Shown: positions 7,835 through 19,917, counted from the first letter of the stretch. The stretch: 64,000 nucleotides of DNA from an uncultured delta proteobacterium (GCA_963716725.1 CAVQUB010000020.1:64001-128000), one strand, 5' to 3'. Notes: a model not told the origin generated them from the sequence alone. Program-made: numbers and translations.

Positions 7835-9526
7835 CTACTTGATCGGCGGCGGCGGCGGCGCGATGAGCGTCAGGTTCAGCCCACCGGGATACTGATAGCT
7901 GGTGTAGCTGCCGTAGCCGACGACCTGGATACCCACCGGCTTGTCGCTGATGAGCAAGTGGGCGCCGCCCAGGCCCGACGACAGCTGGGCGCGCAAGATC
8001 GAGTAGCCGTTGCCGATGGGCGTCGCGCCGCCCACGGCGGACCCGTCGATGACGACGTTGGCGCCATCGGGCATCACGACGTCCACGTACGAGACGTCGT
8101 AGTCGTCTGGCGCGAGGAACACGTACTTGGTGCGGAACTGCTCCACCGCGGTGGCCAAGCTCTGCGCAGGGTCGCCCTTCTGGTTGGGCGCGGGTGTTCC
8201 GGGGTCGACCATGGCCGCACCCAACTGGAACATGCCCACCGCGAACTCGTGATCGCCCACGACCTCGAAGGCCTGCTGCGTGACTCCCAGGTCGACCACC
8301 TGTCCGGCGCCGATGGTGGATGGCGCCTTGGCGGGCTGGCCCCCCGGGTACGTCAGCTGCGTGTTGTCCACGTTGCCGTAGATGCGCACGACGTGACCGG
8401 GCGCGTTGCCCTTGGGTCCCGTCGGCGGCACGACGAAGTAGTGCTTGCCGAGGGTCTCGGCGGGGAACACGCTCTCTTCGATATGGTCGCAGGCCTGGGT
8501 GCCGACGGGCGACTGGACACAGGGGATGCCGTGGATGATCTGGATGGGATTGTTGGCCTGGACCAGCGTTCCCGAGAGATCGCCGGTGGCCGCGCCGAGG
8601 AGCTGCACGACCTCGCCGCGGTTCACGTTCAGTTTCAACACCGAGCCAGGACCGGTCTGCGCGACGCCGCCGCCGGCGATGATGGTACCCCCGAGTCCGG
8701 TCAGCACCGTGACCTCGGTGTTGTCCGCCGTGCCGGTGACCGCGAAGTACGGGCCCATGTTCAAGCCGGCTGTCGCCCAGCCTTTTTGACCGGTGATGCG
8801 ATAGTTCCCGGTGAGCGCGCTGGTGGGCAGGAGTAGCGACGCGTCGTTGGAGAACGAGAAGCAGCCAATGCCGCTGGTATTACCGGGACACGACGCCCAG
8901 CTCTTCCCGGGCGGGCCGCCCTGGCCTTTGTACTCGAGCGCGTTGAACTGGTAGACCGTCACCGGAATGGTGCTGGTCAGGTGGTAAGCGCCGCCCGGCG
9001 CGCGGATGGTCTGACTGACCGGAGTCGCCGCACCCGTCGGGCTGGCATCCGGGCCCTTCAGCTCGGGCACCCAGGGCAGGTAGAACTTCTCGAGCCCGTT
9101 GGGCTGGACCACCCCCGTCGCGATCTGTGAGCCGTTGCGTTCGATGATCACGTTCGCGGGCAGGTCGCCCGCGTTGGCGACCACAACCGCGAAGTCGAAG
9201 ACGGACCACACGTTGTTGGCCACGACCGTCGGCCAGAAGTCGCAGCCGATGTACGTCTTGGCCTGACCCGCCTGCTCGCAGGTCTTCGGATCACCGACGA
9301 AGCCGCCGCCGGTGCCGCCAGCGCCACCGCCGCCGACGTTGAGGCCGCCGGAGCCGCCCACGTTGAGGCCACCACTGCCACCGCTGCCGCCACCGCCGCC
9401 CCCGAAGCCCGCGCCGTTCCCCGATCCCGCCGTGCCGCCGCCACCGCCAGCGCTCGAACAGGCCGACATCGCCAACAGCGAACCAAGGACCGCCGAAACG
9501 GTCCCACCCCAAAGCTTAGGCTGCAT
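7835..9526 (-). CDS. IgGFc-binding domain lipoprotein with Gly-rich linker
   Basis: Lipobox LLAMSAC, Gly/Ser linker, GCDFWPT, FAVVVAN, VTVYQFNAL, SNDASLLLPT, CDHIEE, YTSYQYPGG. ATG 9526 lies 6 nt after CATAAT. Confidence 0.8.
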   Translation of the reverse strand: MQPKLWGGTVSAVLGSLLAMSACSSAGGGGGTAGSGNGAGFGGGGGGSGGSGGLNVGGSGGLNVGGGGAGGTGGGFVGDPKTCEQAGQAKTYIGCDFWPTVVANNVWSVFDFAVVVANAGDLPANVIIERNGSQIATGVVQPNGLEKFYLPWVPELKGPDASPTGAATPVSQTIRAPGGAYHLTSTIPVTVYQFNALEYKGQGGPPGKSWASCPGNTSGIGCFSFSNDASLLLPTSALTGNYRITGQKGWATAGLNMGPYFAVTGTADNTEVTVLTGLGGTIIAGGGVAQTGPGSVLKLNVNRGEVVQLLGAATGDLSGTLVQANNPIQIIHGIPCVQSPVGTQACDHIEESVFPAETLGKHYFVVPPTGPKGNAPGHVVRIYGNVDNTQLTYPGGQPAKAPSTIGAGQVVDLGVTQQAFEVVGDHEFAVGMFQLGAAMVDPGTPAPNQKGDPAQSLATAVEQFRTKYVFLAPDDYDVSYVDVVMPDGANVVIDGSAVGGATPIGNGYSILRAQLSSGLGGAHLLISDKPVGIQVVGYGSYTSYQYPGGLNLTLIAPPPPPIK

Positions 9527-9629
9527 CCGGGGATTATGAACGAGCCGGCGAGCCAGGTCCAAGCCTCGGCGACGCCCCCCGGGGAAATCGTGGCGGAACC
9601 CGCCCTCACCCTGGCGGCTTCCGCCTACC

Positions 9630-10385
9630 TCAGTCCGCCGCGGGCGGAACTTCGACCTCGGCTGGAGCGCCCGGGTTCGGCACCTGGCGAGCGCTGGTCC
9701 CCGCGTCGTCCTTGAACACGCGACCGTCCACCATGCGCACGACGCGGGGCATGCTCTCGGCAAATCCCGAGTTGTGAGTCACGACCACGATGGTGGTGCC
9801 GTGCTCCTGGTTGATCTGGAAGAAGAGGTCGTGGATCGACCCGCTGGTGGTGCTGTCGAGGTTGCCGGTGGGCTCGTCGGCCAAGAGCAGCTTGGGACCG
9901 AGCACCAGCGCGCGGGCGATGGCGACCCGCTGCTGTTCACCGCCCGACAGCTCGCCGGGACGGTGCGTCGCGCGCGCCGAGAGGCCGACCTCGTCGAGGA
10001 GCGCGGCGGCCTTCTTTTCCATCTCCTTCTTGCTGCGACCCTGGATCAACCCCGGGAGCATCAAGTTCTCGAGGGCGTTGAACTCGGGCAAAAGGTGGTG
10101 GAACTGAAACACGAAGCCGATCTCGCGGTTGCGAACCGCGGCCAGCCGGGTGCCGCTCATGGTGGTCAGCTCCTCACCCGCCAGACGGATGCGCCCACTG
10201 GTGGGCAGATCGAGGGTGCCCATGCAGTGCAGCAGGGTGCTCTTGCCGGCGCCCGAAGCTCCGACGATGGCCATGATCTCGCCGGCGTTGATGTTCAGAT
10301 CGATGCCCTTGAGCACATGAAGCGTCCGCCCCATGTGCTCGAAGCTCTTCTCGAGGCTCTCGATGATGACCAGCGGCTCTGCCAT
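9630..10385 (-). CDS. lolD: Lipoprotein-releasing ABC transporter ATP-binding protein
   Basis: GASGAGKSTLL, IGFVFQFHHLLPEFNALEN, ELSGGEQQRVAIARAL, LLADEPTGNLD; adjacent to a LolC/E permease. Confidence 0.9.
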   Translation of the reverse strand: MAEPLVIIESLEKSFEHMGRTLHVLKGIDLNINAGEIMAIVGASGAGKSTLLHCMGTLDLPTSGRIRLAGEELTTMSGTRLAAVRNREIGFVFQFHHLLPEFNALENLMLPGLIQGRSKKEMEKKAAALLDEVGLSARATHRPGELSGGEQQRVAIARALVLGPKLLLADEPTGNLDSTTSGSIHDLFFQINQEHGTTIVVVTHNSGFAESMPRVVRMVDGRVFKDDAGTSARQVPNPGAPAEVEVPPAAD

Positions 10386-10393
10386 GACGTCCT

Positions 10394-12138
10394 TCACTCG
10401 TAGCGGATGCCATCGACGGGCCGGAGACGGCTCGCGGCGATGGCCGGGTAGATGGTGGCGATGGTGGTGATGACCATCGCCGAGAGCGCGACCAGAGTGT
10501 AGTCGACTGGGTCCACGGAGATGGGCAGGCGATCGACGTAGTACACGTCCGGATCGAGGCGCACGCCGAACCACAGGAGCCCCAACACGGTGCACAGGCC
10601 CGTGACGACCCCGAACACGGTGCCGATGCCCCCGATGATGACGCCCTCGGCCATGAAGATGCGCAAGATGGCGCGATCGCTGGCGCCCAAGGCCTTCATG
10701 ATCGCGATCTCTTTGCTCTTCTCGGTGACCATCAAGAGCAGCGTGCAGATGATGCAAAAGCTCGCCACCGCGATGGCGATGCTCAGGATGATGAAGGTCG
10801 CGATCTTTTCCAGCTTCAGCGCCGAGAACAGGTTCTTGTTCAGCTCTTTCCAATCGCGGATCTTCATGTCCTCGCGAGCCAGCGCCGTCGCGTGCCGCTT
10901 CACCAGCGCCTCCAACTCGGGACGCACGGCGCCGACCAACTCGGCGTCGTCGAGCTTCACCTCGACGGCGGTAGTCTTGCCCCGGAGATCGAGGAACTCC
11001 TGGGCGTCGTCGCGCTTCATGTAGAGGTGGCTGGAGTCGTACTCGTACATGCCGCTGTAAAAGATGGCGGCCACGCGGAACTTTCGGCTGCGCGGCAAGA
11101 CTCCCATCGGCCCGAGATCACCGAGGGGAGCCACCAGCGTGACCTCGTCGCCCACGTAGACGTGCAGGGTCTTGGCCAGCTCGCGACCGACGACGATGCC
11201 GGGATACACGGGCTCGGTGGCGGCGCTCACGTCGTCGTCGAGGTCCCGCTTCAGCCACGACTTGACCCGCGGTCCCTTCAGGAAGATCTCACCCCCGGTA
11301 GAGATACCAATCACCTCGTCCGCAGGCAGATCCGCCAGCTTTGCCGGCTCGTCGAGGTACTCGAACTTGCCCACCTCGATGTTCTGCACGAGATCGATCA
11401 CCGATCCGATGCTGGTGGTCTCGATGCCGCGCACGATGGTGCCCGCGGTGTTCGAACTCGACGAGGCCATGGCTTCACCCGCGGTCACGGGCGTGGCCGC
11501 CTTGACGCCCTTGAGCAGGCGCAGGTCCGTCAGCAGATCGTCGACGCCCTCGAAGCCGCCGTGGGCGCCGGCCTCGATCTTCATGTGGGCGTTGTTGCCG
11601 AGGATCTTGCGCTTCAGATCGGCGCCGAAGCCGCCCATGATGCTGACCACGGCGCAGAGCGCGAAGGCGCTGACGGCGACGCCGGCAATGCTCAGCCCCG
11701 AGATGACGGTCAGAAACCCGCTCTTGCTCGCGCGCACGTGGCGCACGGCGATGAAAGGCACGAAGCCGCGACCTTCCACCCGGTCGAGCAGGCGCGGCAG
11801 CGCCAGGGTCATGAAACCCACCATGAACCCGGTTCCCGACAGCGCGGCCCCGACCCGCACGACTTGGTGCCAGAAGACGAAGAAGCTGCCGCGGTGTTCG
11901 GGCAAGGTCGCGGCCCAGCCGCCGAGCACGAGCACGCCCACCAGACACACACCGGTCAAGACGTAGAGCAGGCTGCGTCGTCCCCGCTGTCCCAGGCGGC
12001 GGACCGCCTTCCAGATCAGGACACCGACCACGACCGCGACAAGAGCGACGACGGCGACCCGACCGTAGAAGCCGAGCATCACCCACAGCTTCGCCATCAG
12101 CGAGAGCTGCTCGGGTTTGGGAGAAGGCGGCGCAAACA

Positions 12139-12139
<1 letters not shown>
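10394..12139 (-). CDS. lolC: LolC/E-type ABC permease with extra N-terminal hydrophobic segments
   Basis: FLTVISGLSIAGVAV, VVSIMGGF, DWKELNKNLFSALKLEK, EKSKEIAIMKALGAS, YYVDRLP, TIYPAIAASRLRPVDGIRYE. Start overlaps the lysS stop (TGATG). Confidence 0.85.
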
Positions 12140-13857
<1,718 letters not shown>

Positions 13858-13945
13858 GGGGCCCGGCCGTCTAGCGCGGGCCGGCGTGGGCGTCCACCGG
13901 CTGGGCGGGGCGTAGCGGAATCGACGAGTGGGCGACCGAGAGCGG

Positions 13946-14353
13946 TCAGAGTCGCGATCGGATGGCACTCGCGAACCCGAGCAGATCCACCAGGTGGTGC
14001 TCGACGACGTCTCGAACGACCTCTGGATCCACCGCGGAGTAGCCGTGCACGACCACGTTTCGGAACCCCGCCGCGCGCCTCATCGCAGCCGCGAGGTCTC
14101 GGGTCAGCCAGCCGGCGTCCGCGAGCAGGTCAAAAAGCGCTTGGTGGGTGCGCGGCTCGCCCAGGCGCGAATCCGATACGATGTGAGAAGCGACGTCGAG
14201 GGCTGCTTGGATGGCGATTTGGAGCGTGTGCTCGACGAAGCGTCGCTCACGAACGTCGGATGCGATCTGGTCGGGACGCGCCAACCGCTCGAGCTCGGCA
14301 ACGTAGGTCTCGATCAGGGCGAGCTTCTTCGCGACCAACTCCGCGTCCGTCAT
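13946..14353 (-). CDS. hepT: HepT-like HEPN RNase toxin (DUF86), type VII TA
   Basis: RX4HXY motif RNVVVHGY; 135 aa; ATGA overlap with the upstream MNT gene. Confidence 0.88.
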   Translation of the reverse strand: MTDAELVAKKLALIETYVAELERLARPDQIASDVRERRFVEHTLQIAIQAALDVASHIVSDSRLGEPRTHQALFDLLADAGWLTRDLAAAMRRAAGFRNVVVHGYSAVDPEVVRDVVEHHLVDLLGFASAIRSRL

Positions 14354-14793
14354 CGCTCCCTCGGGAGGCGGCGATACTCAGCGAGAACGGGCGCGAGGTC
14401 GAGGTATCGCGCACGCAACCGAGTCTCGACGGCGACGCGACGCGAGCGATCGGCTTCATGAACGAGGATACCGTCCCGCAAGACGCGGTGCCCAAGGTCC
14501 ACCGGCGCACCTTCGAGATCGATGACCTCGACCCTGCGATCGAGCAACCGTTCCAGCTCGCCGGCGAGCTCGGCATGGAGTCGCTGCGCCGGTCGCTCCA
14601 CGGGTTGGCTCCGAATCAGCGCCAAGTCCAGATCGCTGTCGTCTCGAAACGAGGCGCGGGCCACGCTGCCGAAGAGGTACACGGCGGAATAGTCGCCGGA
14701 GCATTGCCGGAAGAAAGCCCGGAGCTTTTCCACCAGGGCGTCGCGCTCCGCGGCCCTCCGGGGGTCGAGAGACGATTGGGCTGCCGGCTCCAC
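14350..14793 (-). CDS. mntA: Minimal nucleotidyltransferase antitoxin (MntA-like)
   Basis: GSX10DXD motif YLFGSVARASFRDDSDLD. Start placed at GTG 14793, 6 nt after TATGCT. Confidence 0.87.
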   Translation of the reverse strand: MEPAAQSSLDPRRAAERDALVEKLRAFFRQCSGDYSAVYLFGSVARASFRDDSDLDLALIRSQPVERPAQRLHAELAGELERLLDRRVEVIDLEGAPVDLGHRVLRDGILVHEADRSRRVAVETRLRARYLDLAPVLAEYRRLPRER

Positions 14794-14843
14794 TCCCCGA
14801 GCATAGCGCCCATCCGACCCTGGCGCGAAGCAACCAGAGGCGC

Positions 14844-15059
14844 TCAACCCAGCGCAGCGATGACTTCTGCGTGCTCGGGAAAGCGGCCCGCCGCGGACTT
14901 GGAGAACACGACTCGGCCATCAGCGACCACGTCGAACTGCCCCACCTTGCCCGAGACGAGCGTCACGGTGTGACCCGTGGCCGCCTGGATGTCGGCCGCG
15001 AGACTCGCAGCCCGAGGCTTGTAGTTTCAGACGCGGCAGTAGTGAATTGCGATCTGCAT
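14844..15059 (-). CDS. SelT/SelW/SelH (Rdx family) selenoprotein, 71 aa, in-frame TGA at codon 11 (15027-15029)
   Basis: Manual translation MQIAIHYCRVUNYKPRAASLAADIQAATGHTVTLVSGKVGQFDVVADGRVVFSKSAAGRFPEHAEVIAALG*. CxxU and G.F(D/E)V..DG..VFSK...GRFP motifs. Absent from the ORF track. Confidence 0.9.
14994..15012 (-). promoter_or_regulatory. Candidate bacterial SECIS hairpin
   Basis: GGCUGCGA-GUC-UCGCGGCC starting 14 nt after the UGA, with G first in the apical loop. Confidence 0.65.
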
Positions 15060-15065
15060 GACGCC

Positions 15066-16188
15066 TCAGGACTTGGGGCTCTTGTCCGCGTTCTGCAAGA
15101 GGTAGGCCTCGATGAAGTCGTCGATCTCTCCGTCGAGCACGCGCTGGACGTCGCCGGTTTCGTGATCGGTGCGCAGGTCTTTGACCAGCTGATAGGGCTG
15201 CAGCACGTAGGATCGGATCTGGTTGCCCCACGCGATGTCGGTCTTGGAGGCTTCGTAGTCAGCCTGGACCTGCTCGCGCCGCGCGAGCTCCATCTCGTAC
15301 AGCTTCGCCTTCAGCATCTTGAGCGCCATGGCGCGGTTCTGATGCTGGCTACGCTCGGCACGGCAGACGATCACGATGCCGCTGGGCAAGTGCTTCATGC
15401 GCACCGCCGTCTCGACCTTGTTCACGTTCTGCCCGCCCTTGCCGCCGGCGCGCATGGTCGTGATCTCGAGATCGGTGTCCTTGACCTCGATGTTGATTTC
15501 GTCCTCGATGTCGGGCGTGACCTCGACGGCGGCGAAGCTCGTCTGCCGACGCGCGTTGGCGTCGAAGGGGCTGATGCGCACCAACCGGTGCACCCCGACC
15601 TCCGCGCGCAAGTAGCCATACGCGTTCGGGCCACTGACCGTGAACGATGCGCCGTCGATGCCCGCGTCGTCACCGACCTGATAGTCGACGATCTCGGTCT
15701 TGAAGCCGCGTCGCTCGCACCAGCGGAGGTACAGGCGCAAGAGCATCTCCGCCCAGTCCTTGGCGTCTGTCCCGCCCGTGCCCGGATGAATGCTGATGAT
15801 GGCGTTGGCGTGGTCGGCCGGACCGCTCAGCATGCGCTGAAGCTCCGCCTTGCGCACGCGAAGGCCGAGCACCCGGCCTTGCTCCGCCGCGTCTGAAAGC
15901 GCGCTCTCGTCGTCCTCGGCCGCGCACAGCTCGAGGAACTCCGCGCCGTCGTTCACGTCCTTCGACAGGGCTTCGATGCCGATCAGCTTCTCGCTCGCGA
16001 GGGACCGCTTGCGCAGCAGCGCTTGGGCTTTCGCCTGATCGTTCCAAAAGTCCGGAGCTGCGGACAGCGTGTCGAGCTCTTCGATTTCCCGCGTCAGTGC
16101 CGGGACGTCAAAGAGACCCCCTTAGCGCATCGACACGCCTTTGGAGGTCCTCGAGAACGGAGCGAACTTCTGCAACCACGATAGCCAT
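15066..16188 (-). CDS. prfB: Peptide chain release factor 2 with programmed +1 frameshift
   Basis: 26-codon first frame [26 protein letters not shown] ends at CTT TGA C. +1 frame continues [11 protein letters not shown]...FWND, with SPF and GGQ motifs and [13 protein letters not shown]. Confidence 0.97.
16107..16122 (-). promoter_or_regulatory. prfB frameshift cassette
   Basis: AGGGGG-TCT-CTTTGAC on the minus strand (internal SD, 3-nt spacer, slippery CUU UGA C). Confidence 0.95.
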
Positions 16189-16201
16189 GGCAAGCGGAGG
16201 T

Positions 16202-16999
16202 CTACTCCGAGCGGCGCCTCCGGGAAAGGGCGTTTTTTCGCAGCGCCGGCGCCCGCGGCGAGAACCAGCCCCCGGTCATGACGTCGAGGCGGACTTCGGC
16301 CTCGATCACCCGCAGCTCGGCCAACTCGCGCTCTTCGGGGGGAGCGTCGGGGGCAGCCGCGTCGACGACCGCGCGCTGCCACGCAAACAAGGCTCGGAGC
16401 ACGTCCTCGACCAACCGCGCGTCTTGCTGCGCCCGAAGCCGCCGGAGGTGCTCGACCTGTAGCTCTTCATCGGCAAATACGGCCCGGTCGAGGTTCCACG
16501 TGGCCTGGGCCTCGAGCGCCAAGCTCACGCCGCCGGCCTGCGTGTAGCGATAGGGATCGCTGGAGGTCGGCGTCAGCCGCAGCGACTCGTCGGTGGTCCG
16601 GGTAGCGCGGAGTCGAAGCACGGGCAACGCCGCCGACGCGCGCGCGCGGCTCGCCAGGCTGCCGTAGCGGGACTCGGTCCGGGCCCGACTGCCTGCGCGC
16701 AGGGCCGCGCGAATGGTCGCGTGGGCCAACCCGGGGGTGACCAGCAGCGACGAGGTGCGCGGCGACGGCGCAGCTCTCGGCGCAGCAGCCGACTCGGTCA
16801 GCTTCAGCGCGCCACGCGGCGCCAGAGCGCGGTCCAATGGCACGCCAAGCGACAGCATCGCTACTAGCTCGCGTGCGCCGTCCGCGCGGGCCACGTAACC
16901 TCCCCTGAGCGCGAGCTCGAGCGAGCTGGTGGACGCACTCGCGTCCACCGCGTGGAGGCCAGCACTGAGAGTCAACGCGAGCACACGCACCTTCGTCAT
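16202..16999 (-). CDS. Hypothetical exported protein
   Basis: Signal-peptide-like MTKVRVLALTLSAGL; ends 13 nt before the prfB start; C-terminal LDVMTGGWFS. No family recognised. Confidence 0.6.
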   Translation of the reverse strand: MTKVRVLALTLSAGLHAVDASASTSSLELALRGGYVARADGARELVAMLSLGVPLDRALAPRGALKLTESAAAPRAAPSPRTSSLLVTPGLAHATIRAALRAGSRARTESRYGSLASRARASAALPVLRLRATRTTDESLRLTPTSSDPYRYTQAGGVSLALEAQATWNLDRAVFADEELQVEHLRRLRAQQDARLVEDVLRALFAWQRAVVDAAAPDAPPEERELAELRVIEAEVRLDVMTGGWFSPRAPALRKNALSRRRRSE

Positions 17000-17169
17000 G
17001 CGAGCTGCTCGGGCACGACGAGAGCGTGGTTGCGTGATTGGTCGCTGGAGTTGGAAACTGGCGGATTGGCGGGCGCGCTTCCTGGGTGACGCTCGGCGGT
17101 TGCCGTGATGGGGCGAGCCTGGGTGGGCTCTGGGTCGATCAGGCCAGCGAGCCGTCACGATCGTACGGG

Positions 17170-19869
17170 TCAGTCGCTCGCCTCGATTCGGACCTGCGTG
17201 CCCGCATCGAGCAAGTAGCCGTCGTCGCGCGTGACCAATGCTGCGCCGAGCCCCATCGACCGCAGGCGCGATACCGCGGCGTAGACCCGATTGCAGGCGA
17301 GCTCGTACTCGGTGCGCTGGCCCGGCCAGCCCACCTCGAAAAGCTCGAGGACCGAGAGCGCAACCCCCGGCTTCGAAACACGATCTGCGAGCATCCGGGC
17401 CGCGATCTTGCGCAAGGCTCCTCGTCGCCCGAGCGTGACGCGCTCCGCGCCCGGCTTGGCGAACCAACTCGCGTCCGGCGCGAACGCGATGCCAGGGCGC
17501 TCCCCATCCGCAGCGACGGGCTGCGGTGGTCCCGAGCGCTTCGAGTCCTGGCCTTCGGCCCCTCGCGCCAAGACCTGAAGCGCAAAGCGCGCGTGTGAGT
17601 CGAGACCTGAGCACTCTTCGAGGTTCCTCAGGTCTTCGGTGAGCTCGCTTGGCCTCACTTGCCCTGCCGCGCGAGCACGCGACAGGTCGATCTGAGCGTT
17701 GGCGATTCGGAGCAAGGTGAAGAAGCGTGCGCCCGCAGGCTGGAGCGCGCGCTCGGCCGCCATCAGCTCACGCACGGACTCGTCGACATGACCGAGACTC
17801 GCGAGGGCCATGGCGGAGCGCAGCCGAACCAGACCTCCGACTAGTACGTCACCGACCTCATCGAGAAGAATCAGCGCGTCGGTGTAGCGGCGCGTCGCGA
17901 GAGCAACGTCGCCTCGCAGAAACTCGACGTTGCCGAGTTGAGCCACCAACCACGCCTCGAGATGAGTGTCACCGATGGCACGCAACTGGTCGATCGCGTC
18001 CCGGCTGCGCGACTCGGCGGCAGTCAGGTCTCCGTCCTCGAGGTCGATCGCGCCGAGCTGACCCGAGAAGTGGGCCGCATAGCGGCGCTCCCCGTTTTCG
18101 ACGAGAACCCCGATGGCGCGTTCGAGAAGGTTCCTGGACTCGACCAGGTTCCCCAGCTCGTGGTGTCTCACTCCCATTTGACCAAGCAAAATCGCCGCTT
18201 CGCGCGGGTCTTTGCTGCCGCGAAGCAAGCCGAGCGCTGCTTCATACTCTGCGAGCGCATCCTCTGCTCGATTGTCGCGCGCGAGGCGATAGGCGCGCGT
18301 GCGGTGAAAGAATGCTCGAACTCTCGGAGCATTCGTTCCGTCCAGCGCTAGTCGGGCGCGTGCCAAGGCATCGTCGCCCAGATCGTAGCGCGCCCGTGCG
18401 ATGTGTGAGGCTGCAAGAAGCGACAGCGCGAAGGCTTCGACTGACGCCTCCTTCGCACATACCGCACTAGAGACTGCGCGCTCGTAGGCGTCCTGAGCCG
18501 CGGCGTGCGCGCCCTGCGCAACGTGGACCAACCCTCTGGCCACGTGCAGTCGGGCGAGCGACGACGGAGCGAGGGACTCGAAACGCTCTTGAGACAGCAT
18601 TGCGTCGAGCAGGCCGGCGTATCCATCGGCGGGACCTTTCGTCAAGAACACCGGCTCGAGCGCCAGCGCAATTGACGCGGCCATGCTCATCGCCTCGGTG
18701 TCCTCGCCCTGCTGTGCCAGCGCCCAGGCGTGGGCGCGCAACAGATTGTCGAACTCGGCCCCGGCTTGCTCCGCGACCTGCAGCGCGGCGCCTTCCTCGG
18801 CGAGCTGGGCCCAGCTTGCGCCGAGCTCCGCAAAGTACGCCGCGTGGGCCCGCTCGGCGCTTGAACGCAGGGGGTCATCGAGCTTGTCGGATGCGTATTC
18901 GCGAACGGCCGCATAGAGACGGTATCGCAGCCGACCGCTGCCGATCTCGTCGGCTCGGACCAGGGATTTGTCCACGAGCCGCGCCAGCGCTTCCACTCCA
19001 CCAGTCGGGTCCGTCGAGATCGCGGTCTGCGCGAGCAATCGCTCGGCTGCTTCCAGCTCGAACCCCCCGGTGAACACGGAGAAGCAGGCAAGCGCCGCGC
19101 GATCCGCGGGAGCGAGCAGCTCCCAGGAGCGCTCGATTGCGGTTCGAAGCGCGCCCGCTGACAACGCTTCGGGCCTCTGCCGCGACATCGACAGCAGCTG
19201 AGAGGGGCCGAGCGTCGCGCCGCGCGCCGCGCAGAGCTCGATCGCGAGCGGATTGCCGTCCAGGTTGCGGACCAATTCGGCGACAATCGGCGCCGTTGCG
19301 TCGGTCAACGCGAAGTCGGAGCGGACGCGTCGAGTTCGGTCTTCGAACAGTTGTACGGCCGGGCTCGCTGCGATCTCCACCATCGTTGCCATGGTCCCAG
19401 GTACGACCAGACCATCGACCAGCACCACGTGCTCGTCGGCCAGGCGCAGCCGTTCACGTGATGTGGTCAAGAAGCGCAGCTCCGGAGCTCGGTGCATCCA
19501 ACTGACGAGAGTTGGAGTCGCGAGCTCGAACAACGGGTCGATGTTGTCGAGCAGAAGCAAAATCGCACCGCGCTGGTCGAGCACACGTCCGAGCACCCGG
19601 CTGCTGGCGTCGCCCACCGTCGTACTGCCGAGCGGGGCATCGAGCGCCTGGGCCACGGCGCGCCAGAGGTCGCTCGGCGTCCGCGCCGAGGCGAGATCGC
19701 AGGCCGCGGTGACCGATGCCTGCCCACTCGCGGCGAAGCTCGCCGCCAACCGCGACTTGCCGACCCCCGCGCTACCGCTCAGGGTGACAAAACGCGCGCT
19801 TTCGGCGAACAAACGCGCCAGCTTGGCGAGGCTTTCGTCTCTTCCAAAGAGCCCGACCGGTGGCATCAC
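17170..19869 (-). CDS. STAND-type ATPase/TPR regulator with putative C-terminal DNA-binding module
   Basis: LFGRD, GSAGVGKSRLA, LLLLDN, FLTTSRERL, SPAVQLF, LDGNPLAIELCAAR, LVDKSLV, TPR-like helices, C-terminal ELFEVGWPG...RVYAAVSRLR...GYLL. Confidence 0.8.
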   Translation of the reverse strand: MMPPVGLFGRDESLAKLARLFAESARFVTLSGSAGVGKSRLAASFAASGQASVTAACDLASARTPSDLWRAVAQALDAPLGSTTVGDASSRVLGRVLDQRGAILLLLDNIDPLFELATPTLVSWMHRAPELRFLTTSRERLRLADEHVVLVDGLVVPGTMATMVEIAASPAVQLFEDRTRRVRSDFALTDATAPIVAELVRNLDGNPLAIELCAARGATLGPSQLLSMSRQRPEALSAGALRTAIERSWELLAPADRAALACFSVFTGGFELEAAERLLAQTAISTDPTGGVEALARLVDKSLVRADEIGSGRLRYRLYAAVREYASDKLDDPLRSSAERAHAAYFAELGASWAQLAEEGAALQVAEQAGAEFDNLLRAHAWALAQQGEDTEAMSMAASIALALEPVFLTKGPADGYAGLLDAMLSQERFESLAPSSLARLHVARGLVHVAQGAHAAAQDAYERAVSSAVCAKEASVEAFALSLLAASHIARARYDLGDDALARARLALDGTNAPRVRAFFHRTRAYRLARDNRAEDALAEYEAALGLLRGSKDPREAAILLGQMGVRHHELGNLVESRNLLERAIGVLVENGERRYAAHFSGQLGAIDLEDGDLTAAESRSRDAIDQLRAIGDTHLEAWLVAQLGNVEFLRGDVALATRRYTDALILLDEVGDVLVGGLVRLRSAMALASLGHVDESVRELMAAERALQPAGARFFTLLRIANAQIDLSRARAAGQVRPSELTEDLRNLEECSGLDSHARFALQVLARGAEGQDSKRSGPPQPVAADGERPGIAFAPDASWFAKPGAERVTLGRRGALRKIAARMLADRVSKPGVALSVLELFEVGWPGQRTEYELACNRVYAAVSRLRSMGLGAALVTRDDGYLLDAGTQVRIEASD

Positions 19870-19887
19870 CCGCCAAGAATACACCGC

Positions 19888-19917
19888 GTCAGGTTCTGTC
19901 AGGTTCTGTCAGGATCT
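19888..19917. repeat. Three tandem 10-bp direct repeats in a divergent promoter region
   Basis: GTCAGGTTCT-GTCAGGTTCT-GTCAGGATCT. Confidence 0.9.

Noticed and set aside
9613..9625. GGCGG-CTT-CCGCC hairpin after lolD as an intrinsic terminator
   Set aside because: A 5-bp stem with no U-tract is too weak to call in GC-rich DNA.
14456..15231. ORF-track calls 14456-14920 and 14920-15231 spanning the prfB-mntA gap
   Set aside because: Arg/Pro-rich off-frame translations; the gap is explained by the TGA-containing Rdx gene.
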